Shown here piece after piece: positions 28,429 through 38,040 of a stretch of 41,458 bases of DNA (within the stretch, counting starts at the first letter, position 1; each line of letters opens with the position of its first letter). The position numbers and the translations under genes were made by a program. The notes below the pieces were generated by a model. It searched no databases. It was given only the letters and a program-made list of their open reading frames with translations, and was not told the DNA's origin. Origin of the DNA: a bacterium (GTDB lineage: Bacteria; UBP6; UBA1177); NCBI GenBank assembly GCA_035354435.1, contig DAOQAY010000001.1, positions 1 to 41,458 of the forward strand, read 5' to 3'.

Positions 28429-29532
28429 CTATCTCCCTGTCAGAAGAACTCGTTCCATATCTTCTGCTACTTTTGCCGCCGCTTTTTCAAATTGAAGCTT
28501 CGCAATATTCTGCTTCACAGGATCTCCTTTTTCAAGAAAAGATGTCAGAACTGAATAGAGTTTCTTCGTTCTTATTACAAGACCTCCTGAATCCTCAACA
28601 AGGTAACCGCAATCTTTTTTTGAAAGAAGTATCGCATTAGATTTCTGATATCTGTCAATATTAGGGGGAAGTGGCAGAAATACTCCCGGTTTATGACTTG
28701 CCAAAAGTTCAGACACAACATCTGCAGTCGGTCTGCAAATTATAATATCAGCTGTTTTATAGTATTTTCCACGGTTTTCATACTGCATATAACATAGGGA
28801 TTCAACTTTCAATTCATCATAAAATCTCTGGATTGAAGCAACCTCTTTCTCTCCTGTCTCCTGAAGTACAAAGAATTCCTTTCTCATTTCGGGATATTTC
28901 CTGAAAAGGCTTCTGACGAGTTCATTAATGGAATTGGAATTGTGTCTGCATGAAAAAATTACAAGCAGTTTTTTATCTGTGGGAATATTTCTTCCGACAG
29001 CCGACATGACATCTTTTTCAACAGGTACACCGGTGACAAGCGCTTTTGATCTGTCCACGCCGCTCATGAGTTCCGCAAATGGAAGATATATTCTTTTTGC
29101 AAACGGAAGTACTTCCATGTTCGAAGATGATATCTCGGCATTTTCTTCCATTATAAATATCATAAGATTCATTTTTACTGCGGCATCAATTACCGGAATG
29201 GCACTGACTCCACCCATTGTCAGAACACCGCTGATATGCTTATCGGTCATTATTTTTACGGCATTCTTAGCTATTTTTTTCCTGTTCATTGATCGCAGAA
29301 AATTACCTACGGCACCCTTACTTTCCGCAAATTTCGGAAAATTCACAACTTCATATCCCTTTTCTTTGATTCCTTTTTGTAATTCAGAACCGGGAGCAAA
29401 GGCAAAGACAGACTGAATCCCCCTTTTTCTAAGGATCTCGGCAACAGCAAAAGCCGGTTTAAGTCTTTCTTTACTGTTCACACCGGTGATCAAAATAAGC
29501 CTCTTGGTTTCAAACTTTTCTGCACTCTCCAT
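28429..29532 (-). CDS. murG: Divergent MurG-like glycosyltransferase (GT28 position and fold pattern, degenerate G-loops)
   Basis: Syntenic slot between ftsW and murC. It aligns by eye to E. coli MurG in three places: KRLILITG..PAFAVAEIL, VLTMGGVS and IICRPTADVVSELL...YQKSNA. The GGTGGH and GGSxGA loops are replaced. Confidence 0.65.
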   Translation of the reverse strand: MESAEKFETKRLILITGVNSKERLKPAFAVAEILRKRGIQSVFAFAPGSELQKGIKEKGYEVVNFPKFAESKGAVGNFLRSMNRKKIAKNAVKIMTDKHISGVLTMGGVSAIPVIDAAVKMNLMIFIMEENAEISSSNMEVLPFAKRIYLPFAELMSGVDRSKALVTGVPVEKDVMSAVGRNIPTDKKLLVIFSCRHNSNSINELVRSLFRKYPEMRKEFFVLQETGEKEVASIQRFYDELKVESLCYMQYENRGKYYKTADIIICRPTADVVSELLASHKPGVFLPLPPNIDRYQKSNAILLSKKDCGYLVEDSGGLVIRTKKLYSVLTSFLEKGDPVKQNIAKLQFEKAAAKVAEDMERVLLTGR

Positions 29533-29544
29533 TATTCCCTCCTT

Positions 29545-30630
29545 TTAACCGCTATAACGGTTATCCATTGTTACAGCATTTAAAATAAATCCCACCATCA
29601 TTGAATAAGTAAGCAGGGCACTACCTCCATAGCTGATAAAAGGCAGCGGCACTCCTTTGTTCGGCAGACATGATGTAACAACTCCGAGATTAATCAGGGT
29701 TTGAAGAGCAAGAATCATAACAAATCCGGCAATTACATAAAACCCGAACCGGTTATGCACCGTCAAGGCAAAGTAACTTCCGGTAACAAACATTAAAAAG
29801 AATAACAATATTAAAACGGTAACGCCGAAAAATCCGAATTCTTCACCGATTATGGCAAAAATAAAATCCGTATGAGCTTCAGGAAGATATCTCAGTTTTT
29901 TCTGGGAATTTCCGAAACCCACCCCGTCAAGACCGCCTCTTCCCAGAGATATTTCGCTCTGCACCTGCTGATAGCCTATGTTTTTTCTGTACTGCCATGG
30001 ATCAAATGATGCTTTTATTCTGTCAAGACGGTAAGGCTTCATCAAAACAAGGAATGCAGCTCCGGCAATAGCAAGAATAAGAAGAACGGCGAAATATTTA
30101 TACCTCATACCGCCCATAAGCAGAAGGAACAGAGCCACAGCAAAGATTATCAACCCTGTACCCAGATCTTCAAAAGCAATAAGCGAAACAACAAGAAGAA
30201 CAACGGTGAAAGGATACACCAGTTCCTTCAATATTCCTATTCTGTCCCTTTTGTTGCATATTACTTCCGAAAGATAAAGAACAACGACTATTTTGGCGAA
30301 CTCAGACGGCTGAAGCATCATAAAATAAAGGTCTATCCACCTTTTTGATCCGTTGACCTGTGTCCCGATAACATAGGTGGACATAAGCAGAAGTATTATC
30401 AGTAAAAGAGCATATTTTATCCATGATCTCACAGCTTCAAGGTTGACAAGGTATGCTGCTGTAAACCCCAGACATGCTATAATAAGGTTCATTGCAAGAT
30501 TTTTCAGGATCGGAAATGCCGCATCTGAAATTGAAGAAACATTAAACAGACGGATATTGAACACCATCACCATTCCGAAAATTACAAGAAAGAAAAAGAT
30601 TGAAAAATAAAGCTTGAAAGCTTTCGTCAT
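29545..30630 (-). CDS. ftsW: SEDS-family peptidoglycan polymerase FtsW
   Basis: Contains LQPSEFAKI, PEAHTDFIFAIIGEEFGF and LPNKGVPLPFISYGGS. Confidence 0.9.
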   Translation of the reverse strand: MTKAFKLYFSIFFFLVIFGMVMVFNIRLFNVSSISDAAFPILKNLAMNLIIACLGFTAAYLVNLEAVRSWIKYALLLIILLLMSTYVIGTQVNGSKRWIDLYFMMLQPSEFAKIVVVLYLSEVICNKRDRIGILKELVYPFTVVLLVVSLIAFEDLGTGLIIFAVALFLLLMGGMRYKYFAVLLILAIAGAAFLVLMKPYRLDRIKASFDPWQYRKNIGYQQVQSEISLGRGGLDGVGFGNSQKKLRYLPEAHTDFIFAIIGEEFGFFGVTVLILLFFLMFVTGSYFALTVHNRFGFYVIAGFVMILALQTLINLGVVTSCLPNKGVPLPFISYGGSALLTYSMMVGFILNAVTMDNRYSG

Positions 30631-31925
30631 CCGTGCAGACTCCTTTTCAACTCCTTGATTCTGTTCCTGAAATCCATTCCTCTTTCCTTGTAGTTTTTAT
30701 ACCAGTCAAAGCTTGAACATGCAGGCGAAAGAAGCACTATTCCATCATTTTTTGAAAGAAAAAACGCCTTTTCCACAGCCTGAGACATGCTGTCCGCTTC
30801 TGTAACGGCACCACTAAAACCCTCAAAATACGGCTTTATAATATCAGCTGCCTGACCTATCAGAACAACGCCTTTACACTTTTTCTCCGCAAGATTTCTG
30901 AGCGGTTCATAACTTCCGCCCTTATCAACGCCTCCAAGTATCACAACAACCTTTCCGTCATCAAAACCGGCAAGAGACATTTCTGCGGCACCCACATTTG
31001 TCCCTTTTGAATCGTCATAAAAAGAAACACCATCAAATTCGTCAACAAATTCAGTCCTGTGCGGTAATGACCTGAATTTTGTCAGTGTCGTTTTTATCGT
31101 GTTTATGTCATTCACCCAGCGACTTACACCAAGGACAGAAGCCATAATATTTTCAACATTGTGTATTCCGGTAATATTCAGATCTTCCATCTTTATTTCA
31201 TCATTTCCAATAAAAATGCTGCCATTTCTGTATGTTATTTCACCTTCACGGGTTATCGAAAAATATTTTTTCTCAACATTGACAGGACTGCATGCCGCAA
31301 TAAGAGGTTCGTCATTTCCGTTGAGCACAAGAAGACCGTCCGGTCTAGTCAGTTTCGCAAGTTCAGCTTTTGTAAGGAGATAATTTTCATAACTGCTATA
31401 CCTGTCAAGATGATCAGGGGAGACATTAAGTATCAGCGAAACATCAGGATGAATACTTTTCAAAGTCTCCAGCTGGAATGAACTGATCTCTATTACAAAA
31501 AAATCGTAATGATGAAAAACACCGTCTATCACAGGTTTTCCTATATTTCCGCATAAAAACACATTAAAACCGGCATCTTTAAGCAGATCAGCTATGATGG
31601 AAACTGTTGTTGATTTTCCGTTTGTACCAGTAACTGCAATAATTTTTTCGTTTGCAATATACCGGCCTGCAAGCTCCATTTCTCCAATTATTTCAACCCC
31701 GTCTTCATTAAGCTTTTTTACGATACTGTGATCTGAAGGAATTCCCGGACTTAAAATAGCAATATCATATTTTTCTGAACTCTCATAAATAGCATATCTG
31801 CCGTCAAAAGTTTTCAACACTTCCCGGTTATCATCATAAATTGAAACCGAATAACCTGCTTTTTTTAGAAATGCGGAAGCGGAAACACCAGACATTCCCA
31901 TTCCGAGAACAAGAGCTTTCAACAC
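30627..31925 (-). CDS. murD: UDP-N-acetylmuramoylalanine--D-glutamate ligase
   Basis: Contains LGMGMSGVSA, VTGTNGKSTTV and DDSKGTNVGA. The GTG start at 31925 shares one base with the TAG of murF. Confidence 0.95.
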   Translation of the reverse strand: MLKALVLGMGMSGVSASAFLKKAGYSVSIYDDNREVLKTFDGRYAIYESSEKYDIAILSPGIPSDHSIVKKLNEDGVEIIGEMELAGRYIANEKIIAVTGTNGKSTTVSIIADLLKDAGFNVFLCGNIGKPVIDGVFHHYDFFVIEISSFQLETLKSIHPDVSLILNVSPDHLDRYSSYENYLLTKAELAKLTRPDGLLVLNGNDEPLIAACSPVNVEKKYFSITREGEITYRNGSIFIGNDEIKMEDLNITGIHNVENIMASVLGVSRWVNDINTIKTTLTKFRSLPHRTEFVDEFDGVSFYDDSKGTNVGAAEMSLAGFDDGKVVVILGGVDKGGSYEPLRNLAEKKCKGVVLIGQAADIIKPYFEGFSGAVTEADSMSQAVEKAFFLSKNDGIVLLSPACSSFDWYKNYKERGMDFRNRIKELKRSLHG

Positions 31926-33211
31926 TAACCTCCATGCTCGAAAACATCAAAAATCCGCTCAAGCCTGTTGCCTCTTGAGCCCTTCAAAAGGAAAATCCCA
32001 TCTTCTGGAAGATAAGTGGATATTTCACTGATATCACCCAGAAAGAACACCTTTTTTTCATTCAAAAACTCAAGTCTTGTTTTTTCGAATTCACAACCTA
32101 TCAAAAAAACCCTTTCTAACAGATTAAGAGTTTTTAAATAATTTACAAGTTCTCTATGCATTTTTTTTGAAAAATCTCCGAGTTCAAACATACTTCCAAG
32201 AATGAGATATCTTTTCACATCTTTCTCATTTTCATATTTTTTATAGAAACTTTCTATTGATCTTTTCATGGATTCAGGATTTGCATTATAACAGTCAACT
32301 ATAAATTTTCTTTTTCCAAAAACTTTGATCTCTCCCCTCAATTTCGGAAGCTCGCAATTTTCCAGACTTTTTTTAAGATCAGGATAAGTTCCTTCAACTG
32401 ATTCCATAACTTTTGAGGCACTGTAAATATTTTCCAGCATATATTCGGGAATTTCAGGAAAAAGAGCAGTAAGCGATCTCGCATTTTTGATATTATATTC
32501 AACTACTTTTCGAGTCTCTCTGTTCTTTTCCACCCACTTTTTTATATATCTGTCACCTGAATTTGCAACACAAATTCCTTTTGAGAATTTGAATATCTCC
32601 AGTTTGGCATCTGCCAGACCGTCCTGAGAATCAAAATTTCCTATATGAGCTGTCCCGATATTCGTGATAAGAGTGTAGTCAGGATTGGCGATTTTCACAA
32701 GATGCTCTATTTCGCCACCGTGGTTCATTCCCATTTCAAGAACAAGATAATCACTGTTGAGCGGTGTATTTAAAATTACAAGCGGAAGTCCGAGATGATT
32801 ATTCAGATTTCCTGTTGTGGCGTGAACAGTTTTTGCCATAAGCTTCAACATTGAAACGATCATTTCTCTTGTCGATGTTTTCCCGCTTGATCCAGTGAGA
32901 GCTATAACCCGTCCCTTGAAAAGTTTTCTCCTTTCTTTAGCAATATCTGTTAAAAATCCAAGAACATCAGGCACTTGAATATATCTTTCATGACTATCCA
33001 TTTTTTGGGAACCGACACACCACACCCCTTTTTCAAGAAGCGCCGGGATATAATCGTGTCCATCAGTGTTATCACCTTTGAACGCAAAGAACATAAACCC
33101 TTCTCTGCATTTTCTTGAATCCAGATCAGCTCCTGAAATGATCGACGGAGTTAATTTTCTTTTAATGCCGTTGTCTGAGAGTACTTTTTCAACTAAGATT
33201 GTTGTGAACAT
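31925..33211 (-). CDS. murF: UDP-N-acetylmuramoyl-tripeptide--D-alanyl-D-alanine ligase
   Basis: Contains LTGSSGKTSTRE and DCYNANPESM. The N-terminus MFTTILVEKV...DLDSRKCREGFMFFAFKG aligns with the MurF N-terminus. I prefer ATG 33211; the track start at 33238 is a TTG. Confidence 0.9.
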   Translation of the reverse strand: MFTTILVEKVLSDNGIKRKLTPSIISGADLDSRKCREGFMFFAFKGDNTDGHDYIPALLEKGVWCVGSQKMDSHERYIQVPDVLGFLTDIAKERRKLFKGRVIALTGSSGKTSTREMIVSMLKLMAKTVHATTGNLNNHLGLPLVILNTPLNSDYLVLEMGMNHGGEIEHLVKIANPDYTLITNIGTAHIGNFDSQDGLADAKLEIFKFSKGICVANSGDRYIKKWVEKNRETRKVVEYNIKNARSLTALFPEIPEYMLENIYSASKVMESVEGTYPDLKKSLENCELPKLRGEIKVFGKRKFIVDCYNANPESMKRSIESFYKKYENEKDVKRYLILGSMFELGDFSKKMHRELVNYLKTLNLLERVFLIGCEFEKTRLEFLNEKKVFFLGDISEISTYLPEDGIFLLKGSRGNRLERIFDVFEHGG

Positions 33212-34667
33212 GCTGCAGCTCCTCAAGATATTTTTCAACTTCTTCTTTATCTGAGAAAAATCTTTTTCCTTCTTTAGTGATCTGATAATTTTCGGCTCCT
33301 TTGCCTGCGATCAGAATTACATCCAGCCCGTTCCTGACATCAATAGCCCTTCTGATAGCTGTTTTTCTGTCATGAATTACTTCAATCACTTTATTTCCGG
33401 AATTGCAGCCGCTTAGAATTTCATTGATAATAGTTTCCGGGTCTTCGGTTCTCGGATTATCATCGGTAATAATAACAATATCACTTAATTTTGATACAAT
33501 TTCACCCATTACCGGTCTCTTACCTCTGTCTCTGTCACCGCCTGCACCAAAAACTGTGATGATCCTGCCCTTTGAGTTAAGCCCTTTCAGCGTTGAAAGA
33601 ACATTTTCAAGTGCATCAGGAGTGTGGGCATAGTCAATATAGACCGGATTACTGCCGACCTTTTCCAGCCTTCCGGGAACAATTATCTTTTTCGAGACCT
33701 CTTTCAAACTGTATTCAGAACCTGCAACGATCATTGCCGCAATAAATCCGGAGGCTGTATTGTAAATATTGAATCTGCCGGCAAGAGGTATATGAACGCC
33801 ATGTCTTGCATTCCCGTATTTGAAAATAACACTGCTTCCGTCAATACCGGTATCTTTTATTTCAATATACAGATCAGCATTCACATTCATTGTCGATATG
33901 CTTATTTTTCTGATATTGTCAGGAAGCTCCCTGTTCAGACGCAGGCCGTATTCATCATCAATATTTATTATGGCGGTTCCATTATCTTTCAAATGTTTTG
34001 TGAAAAGTTTTTTCTTTGCCTTGAAATAATTTTCGAGATCTTTATGAAAATCAAGATGATCCATTGTCAGGTTGGTAAAAACAGCAATATCGAATTTTGT
34101 CGTTTCGATCCGCTCTTCTTCAATGGCATGACTGCTGACTTCCGATATTACAACTTCTACGCCTGCATTCTGCATTTCATTGAGAAGTGAATACCATTTC
34201 CAGTTCTGCGGTGTAGTATTTGCCGCATCTATGACCCTGCCGGGATATCTGTAGCCGAGAGTTCCTGTCACTCCGCAGCTGAATTTTCCTTTCAGAATGT
34301 TTTCGATTATATAAGTCGTCGAAGTTTTTCCGTTTGTTCCGGTCACCGCTATCATTTTCATCTTTTTTTCGGGATGGTCATAAAAAAGCGGAGATACCGC
34401 TTTAAGGAATTTCTCGACGGAAGACACTCTCAAATATCCTGATGCATCGACCTCATCTTCTCCGACAACAATTGAAGCTCCTTTTTCAACTGCACTTGAA
34501 ATATATTTATGTCCGTCGGAATTATGCCCTCTCAAACAGAAAAACACCGTTCCCGGCTTAACTTCTCTTGAATCTGCTGTAATATTCATAAGATCTGAAG
34601 GTAAATCGCCATTTACCGCTGTTAAAATGAAAGGTCCGGCTATTTTAAGAAAATCATTCGTTCTCAT
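33189..34667 (-). CDS. murE: UDP-N-acetylmuramoyl-L-alanyl-D-glutamate--2,6-diaminopimelate ligase
   Basis: Contains VTGTNGKTSTTY, and DDNPRTEDP (the DNPR motif of meso-DAP-adding enzymes). Confidence 0.95.
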   Translation of the reverse strand: MRTNDFLKIAGPFILTAVNGDLPSDLMNITADSREVKPGTVFFCLRGHNSDGHKYISSAVEKGASIVVGEDEVDASGYLRVSSVEKFLKAVSPLFYDHPEKKMKMIAVTGTNGKTSTTYIIENILKGKFSCGVTGTLGYRYPGRVIDAANTTPQNWKWYSLLNEMQNAGVEVVISEVSSHAIEEERIETTKFDIAVFTNLTMDHLDFHKDLENYFKAKKKLFTKHLKDNGTAIINIDDEYGLRLNRELPDNIRKISISTMNVNADLYIEIKDTGIDGSSVIFKYGNARHGVHIPLAGRFNIYNTASGFIAAMIVAGSEYSLKEVSKKIIVPGRLEKVGSNPVYIDYAHTPDALENVLSTLKGLNSKGRIITVFGAGGDRDRGKRPVMGEIVSKLSDIVIITDDNPRTEDPETIINEILSGCNSGNKVIEVIHDRKTAIRRAIDVRNGLDVILIAGKGAENYQITKEGKRFFSDKEEVEKYLEELQHVHNNLS

Positions 34668-36732
34668 TTGTGAGCTCTTCTGTCTGAAGCGTTATTACAG
34701 TTCCGAAAGGAACGAATTTTCCAGGTTCAGGATACTGTTTTACAACTTTTCCCGCAACACCTCCGGAAAATAAGATGTCAAGTCCGGCTCTGTTTGCTGA
34801 TTCAAGTGCCTTGGCCGTATCACTTTTCAGGAAACTCGGGACTTTAACATATTCCATTGAACTCGGTGTATCTTTCTGTGAATTCGGATCGGACTCAACA
34901 CTTTCGCCCGTAATATCAGTCACGGCAAGATCAGGTATCACATATCTTTCACTTTCTTTTTTCTCGACAAAAATTCCCTGTATCGGCAGAGATCTTTCTG
35001 CAATTCTTTTAAAAACAGGAGCCGCAATCGTTCCGCCGAATTCTCTTCCTTCCGGCTGTTCAATCAGCACCATAATGACAAAAGCAGGATCATTACTTGG
35101 GACAGCTCCGATAAACGAGCAGACAACTTTCTCAGACGAATATTTTTTTGTTTTAAAGTCAAAGATCTGAGAAGTACCTGTTTTTCCTCCAACTTTTATT
35201 CCTCTCAATGCCGCCGTCTTTGCCGTTCCTTCGTCAACAACTCCTTCAAGCATGCTAACCATTTTCTTGTCAGAGTTATAATTAAAAGTTATCCTTTTAG
35301 GTTCAGGAACAGTTTGGAATACGATCCTGCCGTCTACAGGGTTAACGATCTTGTCAACAAGCACAGGCTGCCATAGAACGCCTCCGTTGTATATTGTTGA
35401 ATATGCCCGTGTCAGCTGCACCATATTTGTTGAAATCCCCTGTCCGAAAGAAATTGTTCCTTTGTCTATCGGATACCATTCAGAATAAGGTCTGATCCTG
35501 GTACTAGACTCTCCTGGAATATTTATTTTTGTTTTCTGACCGAAACCGAACATTGTAAAATAATTATACAACTGTTCTTTGCTCAGTCTGTCGGCCAGTT
35601 TAATTGTCCCGATATTGCTTGATTTCACTACTACATCTCTAATGGTCATCATCTGGTTAGGATGGGAATCTCTAACCCATTTTCTGCCGAACATAAACCT
35701 TCCGTTCTCACCATTGATCAATTCTCCCGGCTTCGCAAGATTTTCATTTATAACCCCGAGAATTGAAAACACTTTAAATGTCGATCCGGGTTCAAACAAA
35801 TTCGCTATGGCAAAGTTTCTTCTTTCTTTCGGAGAAAAGTTAAAATAATTTTCCGGTTCGTAACTGGGGTAATTGGCCATGGCAATAATTTTTCCTGTTG
35901 CCGGTTCCATAACAACAACCGCACCCAGAACGGCTTTTGTTTTTTCCATCATTGCCGTAAGCTCTTCTTCAGCAATGAACTGTATTCTGCTGTCAATTGT
36001 AAGATATATATCGGCACTCGGATCAGTGTCTATTTCCTTGTCGATCTCAAGAATACTTTCTCCTGTACTTGGAATCGTCAACCGCCTGATCTTCCTTTCC
36101 TTTCCGGCAAGAAATTTGTCATAGGCCATTTCTATTCCTTCAAGTCCTACATCCTCGTTTTTTTGAACAAACCCGAGAACATTCGCAAGCATTCTGCCTT
36201 GAGGATATGACCTTTTATAACCTTCATAAAAAATAACATGCCCCAGATCTTTAAGAATATTATTAAGTTTCAGATATTCAGGAGCATCTGTCTTTTTTGA
36301 CAGTTTGAGCTCTCTGATGCTCTTTTTTATTGAGTTTTTATAATCTTTGACAGCTTTCACAACTTCATATTCAGCATTTTTTTTAATGAAATAGAACCGT
36401 CCTTTTTTATTGAGTGTTTCATAAGTCTTTTTTGTGTCAGTGCCTGTGATCTTTGAAAGAACTACTGCCATTTCGTCTTTTTCAATAATACCTTTCGGGT
36501 CTACAGCTATGTCAATTTTCGCTTCACTTATGACAAGCGGCTCTCCATTCCTGTCAAAAATAGAACCTCTTTTTCCTCTTACCGTTTTAATAACTTCGTC
36601 ATTACTTGAAGAATAATCCTGAAGTTTTTCATGTCTGACGACCTGAATAATATAAGCTCTATAAATTAAAAGTATAAAAGCGACAGAAAATAGAACAGCT
36701 AAAAAAAGAAATAATTTGTTCTCTCTGGACAA
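34654..36732 (-). CDS. ftsI: Class B penicillin-binding protein (FtsI/PBP3-like) with a C-terminal PASTA domain
   Basis: Has an N-terminal transmembrane segment, the STFK, SSN and KTGTS transpeptidase motifs, and the C-terminal stretch VKVPSFLKSDTAKALESANRAGLDILFSGGVAGKVVKQYPEPGKFVPFGTVITLQT. TTG start with GGAG upstream. Confidence 0.9.
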   Translation of the reverse strand: MSRENKLFLFLAVLFSVAFILLIYRAYIIQVVRHEKLQDYSSSNDEVIKTVRGKRGSIFDRNGEPLVISEAKIDIAVDPKGIIEKDEMAVVLSKITGTDTKKTYETLNKKGRFYFIKKNAEYEVVKAVKDYKNSIKKSIRELKLSKKTDAPEYLKLNNILKDLGHVIFYEGYKRSYPQGRMLANVLGFVQKNEDVGLEGIEMAYDKFLAGKERKIRRLTIPSTGESILEIDKEIDTDPSADIYLTIDSRIQFIAEEELTAMMEKTKAVLGAVVVMEPATGKIIAMANYPSYEPENYFNFSPKERRNFAIANLFEPGSTFKVFSILGVINENLAKPGELINGENGRFMFGRKWVRDSHPNQMMTIRDVVVKSSNIGTIKLADRLSKEQLYNYFTMFGFGQKTKINIPGESSTRIRPYSEWYPIDKGTISFGQGISTNMVQLTRAYSTIYNGGVLWQPVLVDKIVNPVDGRIVFQTVPEPKRITFNYNSDKKMVSMLEGVVDEGTAKTAALRGIKVGGKTGTSQIFDFKTKKYSSEKVVCSFIGAVPSNDPAFVIMVLIEQPEGREFGGTIAAPVFKRIAERSLPIQGIFVEKKESERYVIPDLAVTDITGESVESDPNSQKDTPSSMEYVKVPSFLKSDTAKALESANRAGLDILFSGGVAGKVVKQYPEPGKFVPFGTVITLQTEELTNENE

Positions 36733-36748
36733 TAAAAAAGCTCCATAA

Positions 36749-37105
36749 TCAATTCAGTTCGAGAACCTTGTCAGATGTAGCGACAGTCAGTTGAAGCTCA
36801 CCTGCTTTTTTCATAAGTTCCTTCGAAGAGATCATTCTGTAATATCTGTTGTCGATCTCATTCTTCTTAAAGGTCAACTCTCTGTTTATATCGAGCTTTT
36901 TAATAATTTCAACATTCTGACTGTTTCTATATGCTTTAAGATAGCTGTCAAAAAGCATCATCGAACCTACCGTCATGACCATCATTATATAAATGCAGAT
37001 ATCACTTGTGAAAAAAAGAAGTTTGGTTTTCATTTTTCTTAAGCAGAATACCGATCTGCCCGACTTTTCGTTCTTTTCGCCGTTTGCATGTACGAATTCA
37101 GTCAT
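36749..37105 (-). CDS. ftsL: FtsL-like small bitopic division protein
   Basis: 118 aa with one transmembrane segment (ICIYIMMVMTVGSMMLF) followed by a heptad-like region. It occupies the conserved slot between rsmH and ftsI. Confidence 0.6.
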   Translation of the reverse strand: MTEFVHANGEKNEKSGRSVFCLRKMKTKLLFFTSDICIYIMMVMTVGSMMLFDSYLKAYRNSQNVEIIKKLDINRELTFKKNEIDNRYYRMISSKELMKKAGELQLTVATSDKVLELN

Positions 37106-37125
37106 GACACCACCTTTTAATATTA

Positions 37126-38040
37126 TTAAACTTTCCTTAATATTCTTAATTTAGCACTTCTCGAACGGGGATTTTCAGAAATCTCACCTTCAGAAGGCTG
37201 AATCATGTCATCCACATCAACTTTGCCATAAATAAATGGCCTGCCTTTATCACTTTCTGAGTAAAAAGGCAGGCTGTCCCTTCTATCACGGAAAAACCTT
37301 TTAACTACACGGTCTTCTGTCGAATGGAATGTTATAACACCGAGAACTCCGCCATCTGAAAGTGAGACAAAAGCCTTGTTGAGCATTCTTTCCAGTTCAC
37401 CTATTTCATTGTTGACAGCCATTCTGAGTGCCATAAAAACCTGTGTCGACGGATCTATTCCTTTTTTGCCGAATCTCTTTGCTTTTCTTATTTCATTTGC
37501 AAATTCAAGCGTCGTGGTCATTCCATCTTCAGCACATTTCTTAAGCACTCTGGCTATTCTGCCCGACTCTCTTTCCTGTGCATATTCACTTAAAACATTT
37601 CTCAGATCACCTTCCGAAGTTTTTTTCACAAATTCGAGTGCGGTCATCGAGCCGTCTTTGTTCATTCTCATATCGAACGGACCGTCCTGACTGACCGAAA
37701 AACCTCTTGATGCCGTATCAAATTGAAAACTGCTGACACCCAGATCCGCAAAAATAATATCGGCATGTTTGATCTTCAACAGGAAAAGCACCTTATCCAG
37801 ATCGCTGAAACTTGACCTTACAACTGTCACATTACTGTTACCGCTGAATTTTTCCTTCAGGAAACTGACAGCATCGCTATCCTGATCAATAAGAACTGCT
37901 TTGATACCGGGATTATTTTCAATTATCTTTTCCGCATGCCCGCCGCCGCCGGAAGTAAGATCGACATAGACTGACGGCTTTTCAACTTTCAGCCCTTTAA
38001 CAACTTCATCGATCATTACCGGTTTGTGTGAAAAAATCAT
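37126..38040 (-). CDS. rsmH: 16S rRNA (cytosine1402-N4)-methyltransferase
   Basis: Contains HKPVMIDEV, TSGGGGHAEKI and DLGVSSFQFDTASRGFS. There is an ATGA overlap with mraZ. Confidence 0.95.
   Translation of the reverse strand: MIFSHKPVMIDEVVKGLKVEKPSVYVDLTSGGGGHAEKIIENNPGIKAVLIDQDSDAVSFLKEKFSGNSNVTVVRSSFSDLDKVLFLLKIKHADIIFADLGVSSFQFDTASRGFSVSQDGPFDMRMNKDGSMTALEFVKKTSEGDLRNVLSEYAQERESGRIARVLKKCAEDGMTTTLEFANEIRKAKRFGKKGIDPSTQVFMALRMAVNNEIGELERMLNKAFVSLSDGGVLGVITFHSTEDRVVKRFFRDRRDSLPFYSESDKGRPFIYGKVDVDDMIQPSEGEISENPRSRSAKLRILRKV

Noticed and set aside
30627-33238. Possibility that MraY is hidden as a fusion within murF or murD, or in another frame at their junction.
   Set aside because: Both proteins are of normal length and soluble. 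No alternative-frame ORF of membrane-protein character exists in this interval.
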